Shown: positions 11,541 through 25,757, counted from the whole stretch's first letter. The stretch is DNA of 63,242 nucleotides, filler included, from Octopus bimaculoides (GCF_001194135.2; 5 parts of 5 records of this genome joined end to end with filler, not necessarily neighbours in it), one strand, 5' to 3'. Translations and numbers: made by a program. Notes: generated from the letters alone by a model not told the origin.

Positions 11541-12161
11541 AAATACATATATCATTATATATATGTACCATATATAATGATTACTAAATAATAAAATAAC
11601 AGAAACTATGTAATCATATTAGTTAGCTTACATGTTTCCACCATAAGAAGCAGTGCATGCAGAGCTGAGGGTTTGTGTGACATGTTATAGCAGAAACAGT
11701 TACAAGCCAATGAATGCGATTATGTAACTCCTGTTATTTTGTCATTGATTAGTTCATGTTACACTCCGAAATCTCTTAACACTTTACTTTAAAGCATTCA
11801 TACATTGAATTCTAAGAAATGGTTATTAGATTATGGTTATACGTGTGTATGTGGTTGGGAAATCATAACTTGGAAGTTCAGCGGAACAGAATGCTATTTC
11901 TAGTGTTCTTCAGGTCGGGCGAGCCGCGAGGATCGGATACCGCAGGACAGACTCGTACTTGGAAGGAAAACCGAGGTAAGCCGATTACATCTACTCGCAC
12001 GCATACACCACAATCATTAAATACTTTATTCTTGGATACGGACAAGTTCTTGGTTCAAATCCAGTTAAATCCACATACAGTAGCATTGGTGCCCCCACTG
12101 CCAGGAAGATGTGGAGGAGGAGAGGAGTGGAGGAAGGAGAGGCCTAAGGGGCAGAGCTTAC

Positions 12162-12294
12162 CATTTTGGTTTTCTGACGTAGCAGCTTGTGTTCGTAATG
12201 TGGATGGTTGTTAATTGCTCTGCCCGTACACAGTTTTACCCCAGCCATTAACTGCATGCTGCCACTAAATGCTGCAGTTGGGGCACTGTTTGTT
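12162..12294 (-). CDS. DPY19L3: DPY19L3-like internal exon (most 5' exon found)
   Basis: TTCCAG acceptor and GTAAG donor, 133 nt, phase 2-0: TNSAPTAAFSGSMQLMAGVKLCTGRAINNHPHYEHKLLRQKTKM. The GSMQLxAGVKLCTGR..NHPHYE motif is the DPY19L3 type rather than DPY19L1. Confidence 0.92.
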
Positions 12295-12622
12295 CTGGAA
12301 GAGAGAAAAGAAGAGGAAAAAAAAAAGAAAAGTAAGCAGAAAAAGACAAAAACAAATCCATGAAAAAAATATAAACAAAAACGATTTCTTCTCACTACAC
12401 ACAAGCTATATGTGTGTATGTGTGAGTGTGTATGGTTGGGGAGCAAGCTTCACAGCCAGACTTGTGTGTGTGTGTCTTGTATTATAGCCCCAGAATGGCC
12501 ACAACTTTCTGAACTGATGTGGTAGAGGGAACCTGAAAGGAGCTTGTTGTGTGAGTACGTGTGTGTGTGTGTATTTATATATATATTCAGAAACAAGTTG
12601 ATTTCATTCGAGGTGATGACTA

Positions 12623-12762
12623 CTGACCGAGACCTTTGGAAATGTGCTGTGCGTGAGAAGACCCGGCAAGCCAAGTAAGATCGTTGCCAGTGCCCCTGGA
12701 CTGGCTCTTGTGCGGGTGGCACATAAGATGCACCATTTTGAGTGTGGCCGTTGCCAGTACCG
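12623..12762 (+). mobile_element. RTE LINE 3' fragment cut by a gap
   Basis: GACCGAGACCTTTGG...GTGAGAAGACCCGGCAAG plus the 3'UTR start. Confidence 0.75.
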
Positions 12763-12806
12763 NNNNNNNNNNNNNNNNNNNNNNNNNNNNNNNNNNNNNN
12801 NNNNNN

Positions 12807-12818
12807 TTAATTAATTAA
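12807..12818. other. Assembly linker TTAATTAATTAA centred in an N gap (also 26617-26628, 49224-49235, 61640-61651)
   Basis: An identical 12-mer flanked by about 44 Ns on each side occurs at four places, so it is a scaffolding marker, not genomic sequence. Confidence 0.9.
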
Positions 12819-12862
12819 NNNNNNNNNNNNNNNNNNNNNNNNNNNNNNNNNNNNNNNNNNNN

Positions 12863-12932
<70 letters not shown>

Positions 12933-12968
12933 GTCGTCGTCGTCGTCATCGTCATCATCATCATCATC
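12863..12968. repeat. (CAT)n/(CGT)n trinucleotide microsatellite
   Basis: Direct reading. Confidence 0.95.
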
Positions 12969-13394
12969 AACTGCATACAAATACAGATAGTCCAATTTTT
13001 ATAAAAATGTGTGCAACGCTAAGGGAAATGACGTGGATGAGAAAGTAGTTGTCTCGTTGCTATGGCAGTGATGGTGGTGGAGTGTGCTGCATTGGTTTCT
13101 TTGGTGATTGTAGTAGTGAAGATGGCTGCAATACCGTGGGTATTGATAATGGTAAATAGAGAATGATAAAAATTCATATAGAAAAAGACATAAACATAGA
13201 AACAGAGAAGCAAACAGAGACGAACAACAATAGATAAGAAAGACCGGAATTCTTATTCATAAGAGGGCCGACGCTCGTACTTGCCACGTCGATCAATTGA
13301 TGATTGCTCTAATAAACAGGTAACTATTAATTCATATTTAAGTAAGAACAACTTATTCTGTTCTTATCTTCTCACACGACTCCTACTATAATAG

Positions 13395-14520
13395 GATTTA
13401 CGATTGAATGTTTGAATGTTCGTAAAAAGGAGTGATTTGTGGAATTAAAAGGACTTGCTCGAACAGCGACCTCAGGTTATTTTATTTGGATGTGATAGCC
13501 ATCAGCGAGACTATGGATTCCAAAATGCCATTATTTGCAATTGCCTAGACATACTAGGGTAGCCTGTGAGAATCTGGGCAGCAAATCGTTGTTCGTAGAT
13601 GTGAGTAATTTGAAAGTGATACCCTAACGCTAATGGCTATGTATGCATCGAAAGAAGTTGGGAACCGATTCACCTAATGCTAATACCTAATACAGAACAT
13701 TCTGCTTAGCAGTATTTTTAGGTAACTGTAATGGTTTCTTAGGAGCATGCCTGTATTACGTTAGGTCTTAGAAAGGACTGAAGCAGGAGTCTCTAAAATT
13801 TACACCATCTCCAAAGTGACGAAAGTTCGGACATCCACAGCAGATCGATAAGACTGTACTTTGTGCATTTGATATAACGACTGATGGAAACACATGAAAG
13901 GAATATGTAAAATTCTCCACATAACTGAATAGATGGTTACATGCATCGCACATCTCTGATTTGTACTATCAATCTAAAGATGTTACATACACAAGGACCG
14001 GTTACTAGAAGATTAACGCTTCTTTTCGGTAGTGAAGTAGAAACTGATGAGAACTATTATCAATAACAGATGTTGTAGGGGTTTTAAAAAGGAAATTGTA
14101 TATAGAAGCTATAAGGTAGAGTAAAGTAATAACCGCAGAAAGCATTACACAGGAGGTTGGTTAATAACTAATTTAGAAGACCCTGATAAAAAATGTATTC
14201 GCTGCTGGAACTTGGCCGTTTCTTCGAAGCTAAATATGAGGGCAGCCTTTGTACTAAGACACGATAGAAGGTGTAAAGAAGCGTTGTGGCAACTAAAAGA
14301 TTACACTATTCGTGTTGGACAGCCGGAGGCATATGATGTCAGTTCTTAAGTGAATTTTGTTTAAGTGTTCAAGAGAATAGGCTCACTGAAATCAGTGAGG
14401 TTCATTTCTTATACCGCTAGCATTCTGTGACTCATAACGGAAGAACTGGAAACTAAATCAAAAGTCCGAGTTTACCTCCTGAAATAGAAGACTATATGCC
14501 TGGCTGCGCGAGGTGAAAGT
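13395..14520 (+). mobile_element. Heavily degraded L1/Tx1-clade LINE ORF2 5' part (endonuclease region)
   Basis: Broken-frame motifs LNVR, LDVIAISET, LGNCNG (GDFN-like), QIDKTVL and FFEAKYEG, with many stops. Confidence 0.45.
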
Positions 14521-14557
14521 CACCGTGAGTGGATATTCTTCACTACGAAATGTAATA

Positions 14558-15852
14558 TTGGGTTGGCAACTAAGTTCCAGTCGTTTTTTTAAATTTTGGA
14601 ATTTATTGCGGTTTTTAAATTTTGGAATCTATTTTTTTTTCGAGAATTCTATCTTTGTATCATTTTGGAATTTTTTTTTTCTAGTTAATTTTAGTTAATT
14701 TTTGTTTATTTTCAGATCATTAAAATGGAATGTCAATTTAAGAAAAACGAGCATTTTCTACACCTCCTTCTTTTTGCATTTAATCAAGTTTCTAAGGCTG
14801 CAAAAGCTGCTCGCGACATTTGTGCAGTGCATGGAGAGGGTACCATAGCTGAAAGAACCGCTCGTGATTGGTATGCCAAGTTCAAAAATAAAAATTTTGA
14901 CCTCAAAGACGCACCTCCTTCAGGCCGTCCAGTTGAGTTCGATAAGGAGCGATTAAACCAACTTTTGCACGAAAATTCACGTCAAACGACAAGGGAACTG
15001 GAAGAGAAAATGGAATCCTCCCACACTGCTATAGAGAAGCATCTTCACTCGATGGGAAAGGTTCAGGAGTATGGCGCATGGGTTCCGCATGCTTTAAGTG
15101 ACAACAACAAAAATCAATGAGCCACAATCTTCGCTGGTTTGCTTGCTCGTCACCGCTCAAGTCATGGACACAAGCAACGATTTCTTTACCGAATCGTTAC
15201 TGGCAACGAAAAGTGGTGCCTGTACATCAATATGAAGCAGCGTACGAAAGGGCTTAGTCTCGGTAAACAAGCGAAACCGTGCATAAAACAAGATCTTCAT
15301 CCGCTTAAAATGACGTTGTGCGTATGGTGGGACTGGGAAGGGATTATCCATTACGAATTGCTTGAACGGAACCAAGCGTTCAACGTGGAATTCAATGTTC
15401 AACAGATGGAACGACTCAACATGGCTATTCAAGAGAAAAAACCTAATCGTCAGCATGGAGTTTTTCTGCTGCACGAAAACGCCCGCCCTCATATCGCCGA
15501 TATGACCAAGGAAGCCATTCAAATGCATGGCTGGGAAGTGCTGCATCACCCACCGTACTCTCCTGATTTGGCACCAACAGATTTCCACCTCTTTCTATCT
15601 CTTTCAAATGCTATGCGCAGAGTTTCGTTCAATACTGATACAGAATTGAGAACTTGGTTGTATCAATTTTTCGAGTCGAAGTCGGTTGATTTCTACCAAG
15701 AGGTATTGAAAATCTTGTTGAACGTTAGGAAGAAATTGTAACCAACAACGGTGAATACGTTATTGATTAATTAGTTGTTATTTTTTTATTAAACCTTTTA
15801 AAAAATTTAAATCTAAAAAAAAAAAACAGCGGAAACTTAGTTGCCAACCTAA
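14558..15852 (+). mobile_element. Full-length mariner DNA transposon (1295 bp)
   Basis: TIR TTGGGTTGGCAACTAAGTT at 14558 and AACTTAGTTGCCAACCTAA ending at 15852, with a TA duplication on both sides and a single transposase inside. Confidence 0.95.
14725..15770 (+). pseudogene. Inactivated mariner (DD34D) transposase
   Basis: WVPHAL, TGNEKW (D to N), HENARPH (D to E) and YSPDLAPTD motifs. In-frame TGA at 15118-15120, a frameshift near 15700 and a TAG in the RGIENLVER*EEIV C-terminal frame. Confidence 0.92.
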
Positions 15853-16319
15853 TACATCAAGATTGTTTTTCCTCCTCTTAGCAGATGTCTGTCACAACTG
15901 GCACCATGCTTTAATGATTCCTAATTTTCCGAATTCACCAACTTGCAGCGTTTTATACACAACTACGAAAACTTGAATTATTACAGAAATATAGGTTACT
16001 TAAAAAGTGCAAGTCTAATCCATTGTGTCTATTCATGATGAACGCTTTACATAGCACAATTAACCAACTCAATTTAATTTCAAAAATCTATTATTATCCT
16101 AGATAATGACGCATAAAATTGCAACTTCCTATATCAAAACATACAATATATGCAATTTGCAGCCCTTTATAACTCAGACGCATGTATTCACAAGAGTAGG
16201 AAATATAACGGTGTACAGGGCTTACTGACTCAGTTTAGTAGTATTCCTTAAAGGAACACAGCATAAATTTCCCGTGATTAATTTTCTTGCTATACTGAAT
16301 TATAATTATTATTCCAGAA

Positions 16320-16358
16320 GAAAGAAAGAAGGAAAGAAAGAAAGAAAGAAAGAAAGAT

Positions 16359-16396
<38 letters not shown>

Positions 16397-16410
16397 GAAA
16401 AAAGAAAGAA
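16320..16410. repeat. (AAAG)n microsatellite
   Basis: Direct reading. Confidence 0.9.
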
Positions 16411-16737
16411 AGACTATACGTTATTTCAGTATTGATAGAGAATAACAGTTCAATGATACAAGGAAGAGGAATCTGTGGTTTTTAGAAAATAAACCAGAAA
16501 CATTAAAATATTACAAGCTATTAAAGTACATTTGCATAATTTACTTGCAGGTTGTTTGGAGCTCATGGTAAACATATTCTGAGAGCTAATAATATTTTTA
16601 CAGTGCAAAATTACCAAAAGTAATAATCATCCATAGAGAATAATTCGGCAAATAAATAACCCAAAAAATTGCCGCACATAAAATCACGTAAAAACAAATG
16701 CATATGCATGTTCATGAATGTGTGTGTGTCCGTGGGG

Positions 16738-17995
16738 GGGGGGGACCCTTGTGTTATAGTGGTAGAGCGTTCCCGAACTGTAAATCTTTGCATAAGGCAA
16801 ATCTTCTAACGCCAAATTTATTTTCTACTTGACTTTCATGTTATAAAGACAGATGAATTCTGATAGATTTTTTTTCGAAAAATGACAGAAAGAAAAAACA
16901 AACAAGTTGCATGACAAAATTCATGCATAAAAATTGTAATTTCTAAACACAGATAATATCATATGACGAAAAATAGGTGAGGGTATAAAAAAGAATTGAA
17001 ATATCATAACACGGTATGTTCTTGCTACAAAAGATGTTCACTGTAGAGTGCGGGGATGGAGAGAACAGGACGGATAAAGGATTAAAAATTTTCTTGACAG
17101 GTGAAGGACTTATCTCGAGTTTCTTGATGCTTTTGAAGTTTATGATGTTTAGTACTTCTCAGTACAAGAACCGAGTTTATTATGAACATCTTTTTGTTAC
17201 GTTTACAGTTAGGCCCGCAATCAGCAAAAACTTGCAGAGCTTCCCGCATAAATGCTGAAACTTAAGCAATATACTTTGCAGTTAGTTAGAATTGTTTGCA
17301 TTTCCATATATTTGTATCCTCAGCTTGCTCTCTTTCTAAGGCTCCTCGTCAGAAGAGTTGATAGTGTTCTCTGTTGAGCACTAGCAACTTAGCCACAACA
17401 TCCTTTATGAATTTTTCAAGCTCTACATCATTTGCAAGTGTCACAATATGTTTTCGAATTTGATGTAGAATTTCTGCTTGTGAAAATCTTTAAAGTAACG
17501 GACAGTGTCTGGCCATACATTTTTCCAAACCCCTTTAAAAGTTATGAGTTTTACTTTATCCGATTTCTCAGCTATGTTATCTACAACAACCATTATGTTG
17601 AACTTCTTCCAGAATTCTCGAATAGTAGGTTTATCCACCCAGTCAATTACTTTCGTAAGTTGTTTGAAAGTTCTTCTTAACTAATTTGCGTTGAATTCTC
17701 TGTCACGCCGGATCTATTGACTGGAGGAAAGAAGTCGTATGTTGATGTATTTTACATTCACATTATCAGAAAGCTCCGTCATGTTCGTTGAATGACTTCG
17801 TGCATTGTCTAAAATACGCAATGCTTCGATGGAAATATTATGTCTAGGACTGTACCTTTCTACCTTTCTTCAGTAGAAGCAAAACATGTTTGTAAACCAC
17901 TCTTCGAAAAGTTTTTTAACCATCCCGGCTTTCTTATTTAACCATCAAATAAGATGTAGATTAAATTTTGCATCCTCCTTTGATCTTCGAAACGC
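16738..17995 (-). mobile_element. Degraded pogo/Tigger (DDE_1, CENP-B-like) transposon, 5'-truncated
   Basis: Minus frames read WLNKKAGMVKKLFEEWF...ILDNARSH...TTSFLQSIDPGV and TIREFWKKFNI...KGVWKNVWP. It breaks at a (TG)n tract near 17997. The left boundary is tentative. Confidence 0.8.
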
Positions 17996-18893
17996 TAGGC
18001 GAGTAAAGACTTTCGATGTGTGTGTGTGTGTGTTTGTTTGTTTGTGCGTGTATGTGTGTGTGTGTGTGTCTGTGTGTGTGTGTGTGTGTGTGTAAATACA
18101 AGGATACTTACAAACATACAGACATATATAGACGCATAAATATATAATTTCATGCATTATTACATACATATACGCGTATATACATACACATACGTACATA
18201 CATAAATTAGAGGATTTGCACATTTATGCATACATATTCATGGATGCATAAAGTAATATGGATAGAAAAATACGTTAGAGAGATTAAAAGAAAGAGAAAG
18301 AAAGACTGAGTAAAAAAATTGCTTCTCATTGTACGTAAATAAATAAAAAAACATTAAAATAATGAAATACAGAGGAGTATTAATGTACCAAATCTAAACA
18401 TGCATGTGTTCATGTGTGTGTATATGTGTGCGTGAACGGATGCAAGCATTCAGAGATATCAACAATCTGAAACTTTAAAAAAGCAACCCAAATTTAGATC
18501 AGTTTAAGACATAAAGTTACAACATGAAAATTGAGGCGGAAAGAGAGATAAATGTAAAATAACAGAAAAAATATTACGAATAATCGCAATTTTGGATTCA
18601 TTTATAAATTTGGATAGAAATTATCGGTAAATTTCACAGTCTTCATTTCTTTTTAATATCTACAGTTTTTTTCCTTAAATCTTCATCAGTGTTTTTATGC
18701 TCCCAATTGTTATTGATGCACCTTTCTCTCATTCAGTTTTCTACTGCTATCTCTTCTTTATAGAGGAATGTAGAAGATGGTACTCACGGCCTGCTACGTG
18801 TATTATTAACTAGCATTTCTCAACAACCTCCATATCCTTCTTATTCTTTATTCCCTCTTTCTCTTTATTCAAACACATTTATACATGTATATG

Positions 18894-18961
<68 letters not shown>

Positions 18962-20663
18962 CACACACGCATATATACACTCTCACACACGCACACACAC
19001 ACACATATATACATACATACATACATACATACATACATACGCACATACACATACACAGGTACACATAAACTCACTCAAACATTTTATTTGTATAAACGGG
19101 AAGCAACGTCTTCTTTGTCACATTCAGTATTGTAGTCATGACTGAAACACACTTTTAAGAAATTTCCGTTCAGTTTTCATTGTTTATATGCTATCGTATA
19201 GTTTAAAGTGTGAGAAGAATTTTCAGTATTCCATCAGCGTCCAAAGTGCACATTTTCAGAACTTTGCTGTTAATATTTCCATGTATTTCATTCTTATGCG
19301 ACACCATTAGCCTTGTTAATAAAAAAAGAAAATAGTTGCACTGCACATGCTCTTAATTTTATTCATCAGTTACACTCAAATGATAGCTTGTTGAGATGAC
19401 GTCTGTATAACAGCTTCAGTTCTTGAGTTAATAAGACGTGGTTCTCGGAGAATTTCAGTACTGTTCTTCAAAATGAAGAAGTATTAGTAAATAAATCTAT
19501 AAACATGTCGATTGTTGATACTCTTCGACCAACGATGCGGATGCTTCCTCGTGTAACAAAAGGTGTTTTTACATCGAGAAGATTCAAAAAGGAATTGTGT
19601 TTCTATGATTTTCTTTAATATTTGAAATTTACCAAATATACTATGATATATTATTTTGTTATTTATTCATTATTAACTCATTCATTTATTTTTAATAGTT
19701 CTGCTTCTTGAATTCGTAGACCATGTTTTGATACCAAAATCAAAAGATTTTAAAGGATCACATCGACTAACGGTCTCACAAAATAGGTTTTTTGTTCATG
19801 CAATCGATATGTTGTCATCATACTGCATAATTTCGTATGTGATATTAAAGAGACACGGCTCTATATACAATATGTTTAGAGATGAAGGTGAAATCAAGAC
19901 AATAACGCAGGGTAGTCAGTGTCATTAATTTGGATGACAAGGACAAAGAAGAGACACAAACACATAGTGGAATTCACATACATAAGCAAACACTCACACA
20001 TTCACCCATACACACTCGAACATACACACTTATTCACAGAACTTACTCCACCACACAAACGCGTGCACTAGACCACACACACTCAGTCTCTCTATCGTAC
20101 ACGCATGTGCTCACACACACATACGCTTACCCTGTTCTCCTCTTCTCCTCCCCACATAAGGAACTGCACCCATAAATCTTCCCGGGATGACAGGCAAATC
20201 AAGTAGATCTGAGACCGAACTGACGGATGGCTACTGCACACTTCTCAGGCAATCACACAAGTGTACAATCACAACTACACACAGATGCACATACACGCAT
20301 ATATAAGCTCTTCATTTACTCTCAATCTTCCTTTCTCTTGTAAGGAAACATACATCAACATACATATATTCTTGTATACATACACACAGGCATAATTCTC
20401 ATTCTCAGAGAGACTCAACGCAGACCGTGAAGAGAAGAGGCATGGTTTCGATGAGGTCGCGATAGCGACGAACGGACTATGGCATGCAAACAACTGATTG
20501 ATTGTTTAACCAGCACATTAAATGAACTATCGATTAGTTAGCTGGTTAGATATTTAACCAATTGACTAACGATAAAAAAGTGATATTGAACAAGTGCATG
20601 TCTTATTATTATTAGCGTATTGAACCTCTCAACGTACAAGATATATATGTATGTGTATATGTA

Positions 20664-20714
<51 letters not shown>

Positions 20715-21095
20715 NNNNNNNNNNNNNNNNNNNNNNNNNNNNNNNNNNNNNNNNNNNNNNNNNNNNNNNNNNNNNNNNNNNNNNNNNNNNNNNNNNNNNN
20801 NNNNNNNNNNNNNNNNNNNNNNNNNNNNNNNNNNNNNNNNNNNNNNNNNNNNNNNNNNNNNNNNNNNNNNNNNNNNNNNNNNNNNNNNNNNNNNNNNNNN
20901 NNNNNNNNNNNNNNNNNNNNNNNNNNNNNNNNNNNNNNNNNNNNNNNNNNNNNNNNNNNNNNNNNNNNNNNNNNNNNNNNNNNNNNNNNNNNNNNNNNNN
21001 NNNNNNNNNNNNNNNNNNNNNNNNNNNNNNNNNNNNNNTATATATGCACACACGTACACGCACACACGCGTATATATAGTTTTTATAAGAAAAAT

Positions 21096-21097
<2 letters not shown>

Positions 21098-21156
<59 letters not shown>

Positions 21157-21157
21157 G
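21098..21157. repeat. (GATA)n microsatellite
   Basis: Direct reading. Confidence 0.95.
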
Positions 21158-21892
21158 GATGGAGTTTTGTATTGGAACTGATGCTGCGACTTTCTCTAGC
21201 CACATGTATATACGCCTTTGCGTATATGTGTGCGTACGCATGTATATGTATATGTATATATTTAATATGATGGAATCTTCTGTCAAAGATGATGCATGAG
21301 TAAAGGAGACAAAATATTTCTAGCCAACTTGAACTGATAAAAGGAGAGCAATATCCAAACATATACAATAATTTGGACAGCTAAAACATATCACAAACTA
21401 AAAAGCAACCACTAGACTAGTAAAACGATATAGATGCAGTAGTTATCTACATACAGATACACCAAAAAAATTCATTTTATATGTGTTATTTCAATATACT
21501 TATGTACAAAGTAATCTATCCTACTTGATCACTACAAATAAATTTGACACATATACTATTACAAATGATATATGTTAAATTTATATCATTTTAAGCAGCA
21601 TGGATACGGAGATAGCAAGATAAGCTAGCATTTGACCTAGTTACAAATCACGGTTAGGGCAATGATGAGTTACAAGATAACATACATTTTAGTGATTTAG
21701 TTATCTATTTTCATGCAGCATGTTGCGATGAATATAATATTTATTTTAATAATTCATTTTAATATTATAATATTATATTTAATATAATATTGGCTCTTCC
21801 AGACTCTCCGACTACTTGCAAAATCTTCTCAGTCAGGTATGTTCATGTGCAGGCATTTTAGGTTATCCTTTGATTTATATTTATGCCATAAT

Positions 21893-22198
21893 TTGTTGGC
21901 ACTCTGTCGCTTACGACGTCGAGGGTTCCAGTTGATCCGATCAACGGAACAGCCTGCTCGTGAAATTAGCGTGCAAGTGGTTGAGCACTCCACAGACATG
22001 TGTACTCTCAACGTAGTTCTCGAAGATATTCAGCGTGACACAGTGTGACAAGGCTGACCCTTTGAATTACAGGCACAACAGAAACAGGAAGTAAGAGTGA
22101 GAGAAGGTTGTGGTGGAAGAGTACAGCAGGGTTCGACACCATCTCCTGCCGGAGCCTCGTGGAGCTTTTAGGTGTTTTCGCTCAATAAACACTCACAT
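21893..22198 (-). mobile_element. SINE family A, head lost in a gap
   Basis: Reverse complement of the 8437 copy body and tail. Confidence 0.85.
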
Positions 22199-23834
22199 AT
22201 ATNNNNNNNNNNNNNNNNNNNNNNNNNNNNNNNNNNNNNNNNNNNNNNNNNNNNNNNNNNNNNNNNNNNNNNNNNNNNNNNNNNNNNNNNNNNNNNNNNN
22301 NNNNNNNNNNNNNNNNNNNNNNNNNNNNNNNNNNNNNNNNNNNNNNNNNNNNNNNNNNNNNNNNNNNNNNNNNNNNNNNNNNNNNNNNNNNNNNNNNNNN
22401 NNNNNNNNNNNNNNNNNNNNNNNNNNNNNNNNNNNNNNNNNNNNNNNNNNNNNNNNNNNNNNNNNNNNNNNNNNNNNNNNNNNNNNNNNNNNNNNNNNNN
22501 NNNNNNNNNNNNNNNNNNNNNNNNNNNNNNNNNNNNNNNNNNNNNNNNNNNNNNNNNNNNNNNNNNNNNNNNNNNNNNNNNNNNNNNNNNNNNNNNNNNN
22601 NNNNNNNNNNNNNNNNNNNNNNNNNNNNNNNNNNNNNNNNNNNNNNNNNNNNNNNNNNNNNNNNNNNNNNNNNNNNNNNNNNNNNNNNNNNNNNNNNNNN
22701 NNNNNNNNNNNNNNNNNNNNNNNNNNNNNNNNNNNNNNNNNNNNNNNNNNNNNNNNNNNNNNNNNNNNNNNNNNNNNNNNNNNNNNNNNNNNNNNNNNNN
22801 NNNNNNNNNNNNNNNNNNNNNNNNNNNNNNNNNNNNNNNNNNNNNNNNNNNNNNNNNNNNNNNNNNNNNNNNNNNNNNNNNNNNNNNNNNNNNNNNNNNN
22901 NNNNNNNNNNNNNNNNNNNNNNNNNNNNNNNNNNNNNNNNNNNNNNNNNNNNNNNNNNNNNNNNNNNNNNNNNNNNNNNNNNNNNNNNNNNNNNNNNNNN
23001 NNNNNNNNNNNNNNNNNNNNNNNNNNNNNNNNNNNNNNNNNNNNNNNNNNNNNNNNNNNNNNNNNNNNNNNNNNNNNNNNNNNNNNNNNNNNNNNNNNNN
23101 NNNNNNNNNNNNNNNNNNNNNNNNNNNNNNNNNNNNNNNNNNNNNNNNNNNNNNNNNNNNNNNNNNNNNNNNNNNNNNNNNNNNNNNNNNNNNNCTAGAC
23201 CAGTGAAAATTGTACATACCTCGATTATCTGCAGACTATAGTTTCAAAATCAATACTTCCAAAATAAAAGTATCTATTTATCATCAGTACAGATTGCCGA
23301 TATTCTTATAATCGAACAGAATCTCGTGCTAGTTGTCTTCAACCAGTGAAAACGTGCACGTGATTCTATCCATTATAAAGATTAAAATTCAAAAGTCTTA
23401 GTTTTGGCGCGCTGAATCCGGAAAATATCAGCCATTTGCAATTTCATTTCACGAGCAGGCTGTTCCGTTGAACACATCAACTGGAACCCTTGTCGTTGTA
23501 GCAGACGGAGTACCACTACTACAGATATAAACTATACATCTTATCAGTCAACTTATTCCATTTTGGCATTCATTTGTTCGACAGGGTCTAAAAATCTAAA
23601 TGAAGGTATTCAATATGTGTATGTTTTGACTATAAATTTATGCATACGCACACGCACATACTCACACGCAAACACACAGACACACACATACACACACATA
23701 CACACACATACACACACACCCACGCACATACACACACAAAGAAAAATCTGTGAAAAACACATTTTCACAGACATTCTAGAGTCTACCATTTTATTTTCCA
23801 TTCTTTATCCTCTTAGATGGACACAAACTATCAG

Positions 23835-23888
<54 letters not shown>

Positions 23889-23901
23889 NNNNNNNNNNCT
23901 A

Positions 23902-23940
<39 letters not shown>

Positions 23941-24602
23941 TTCCATATATTTTTTCTCTAAGATGAATACAAACTCTCTTTCCGTCTCTCACTCTCCCCT
24001 CTCTCGCTCTTTCCCTCTCTCTCGCTCTCTCCCCCTTTCTCTCTCTCTCTCTCTCTCTCTCTCCCTCTCTCTCTCTCTGTTCCTTTCTCTCTCGCCTGTT
24101 CCCTTTCTGATTATTTCACTCGTCACCCTTCATAATCTAGACCCAGACATGTAAAGCAAACTCACCCGGCTCTACATTCAGATACTGGTTTACTGTCTCT
24201 ATCCGATAATAAATCATGCTATAGTCTATATTAGATTCTAAAAATACTAGTATAATAAAACATACTTGACAATCATTGAAGATTTAATTTCCGAAAGAAA
24301 GTTTCTGTTCGATACCTTTGTCTATGTTTATTGACAGAACGATGGTTATACACATTGACAGGTAGACAAACAGATCGACGGATACATATATAGTTGGAAT
24401 CATTAGAATGTAGCTGAATAAGAAGATTTATATTTATGTATGTACGTATGCATCTAGTGGGGTGGACCAAGCAGAGAAATACAAGAAAGTTCTGCTCTCT
24501 ACGTATTGTATTTCCATCTCCTTTACATTCTCTAGGTTATTTTTTTTTTCATGGAAAACAATCATACATCTCCTTAACAAAAATTGCCAATAGATATTAT
24601 AA

Positions 24603-24656
24603 TTACCACCACCATCATCATCATCATGATCATCATCATCATCACCACCACCACCA

Positions 24657-24732
<76 letters not shown>

Positions 24733-24735
24733 GTA
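24603..24735. repeat. (CAT)n/(CAC)n microsatellite
   Basis: Direct reading. Confidence 0.95.
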
Positions 24736-25589
24736 TTCGACGTCGCCGTCGTAGTCGCCGTTGTTAAGGTTATATTTGTAAAAAAAATTCATATTCAAAT
24801 CCGGTGGTGGGGGGACAATTAGCTATTCCAACAGTCAATACAATACTAATTTCTTACTATTACCTGTTAACAGACAATGTGTAGACAACAGCAATGTCAA
24901 CGACAACGGAAATGGAAAAAGTGTGGCGAAAGAAACACTGCTATTATCATCACTGTCAGCACCATTGCCGAAACCTTTACTTTTGTAATTGCCGAAACTC
25001 TAGGTGGATCCTACATTCAAGGATTGTTATCTACAGAGCAACCCACACACCATCCAATAGCATCACAGAGCAATCTGCAGGGGCTGTAAACATTGACTTC
25101 AAGGGAAGGTACCTGCAGATAATGCATTCCTTTAGTTGCAGCAATAGAGATTATTCCACCCTAGCAAAAGCGTGTATACGCACCAACGACCTAATGTCTC
25201 ATCTCCCACCCATACACTAGCTTACAAATACCCCCATATACACATATAGCAAATACACACGGATAGGCATCAGGCACCTACATCCACGCACTCATACAGC
25301 TGATATACACACACACACATGCACCCACGCACACACACACACACGTACACGCATATATCCTAGTCAGTCATGTATCCGATGTCCCGTAAGCCCCTTCAAA
25401 GACCGGTCAGATACTCCAATCAACGTGTGAACGCTGGCTGCTCTCGTTCATACGTTACATTTAAATTTCTATAATTTTGAATTTGTATCACTTCTTATTT
25501 TGAACTTGACAAAGACAGACTTAGTGTTAAAATATTTTTCAACCAATAAAATATCTATTACAATTGAATCGCGCTCTTCATCTTGACTA

Positions 25590-25676
25590 ATAGTAATAAT
25601 AATAATAATAATAATAATGATGATGATGATGATGATAATAATAATAATAATAATAATAATGATGATGATGATGATG

Positions 25677-25757
<81 letters not shown>
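25590..25757. repeat. Compound (TAA)n(TGA)n microsatellite with a duplicated block
   Basis: A (TAA)~8(TGA)~6 block occurs twice, followed by a long (TAA)n. Confidence 0.9.

Noticed and set aside
12807-12818. Recurrent palindrome TTAATTAATTAA
   Set aside because: It is always centred in N runs, so it is a scaffolding linker.
15157-15588. 143-aa minus-strand ORF
   Set aside because: It is the antisense shadow of the mariner transposase.
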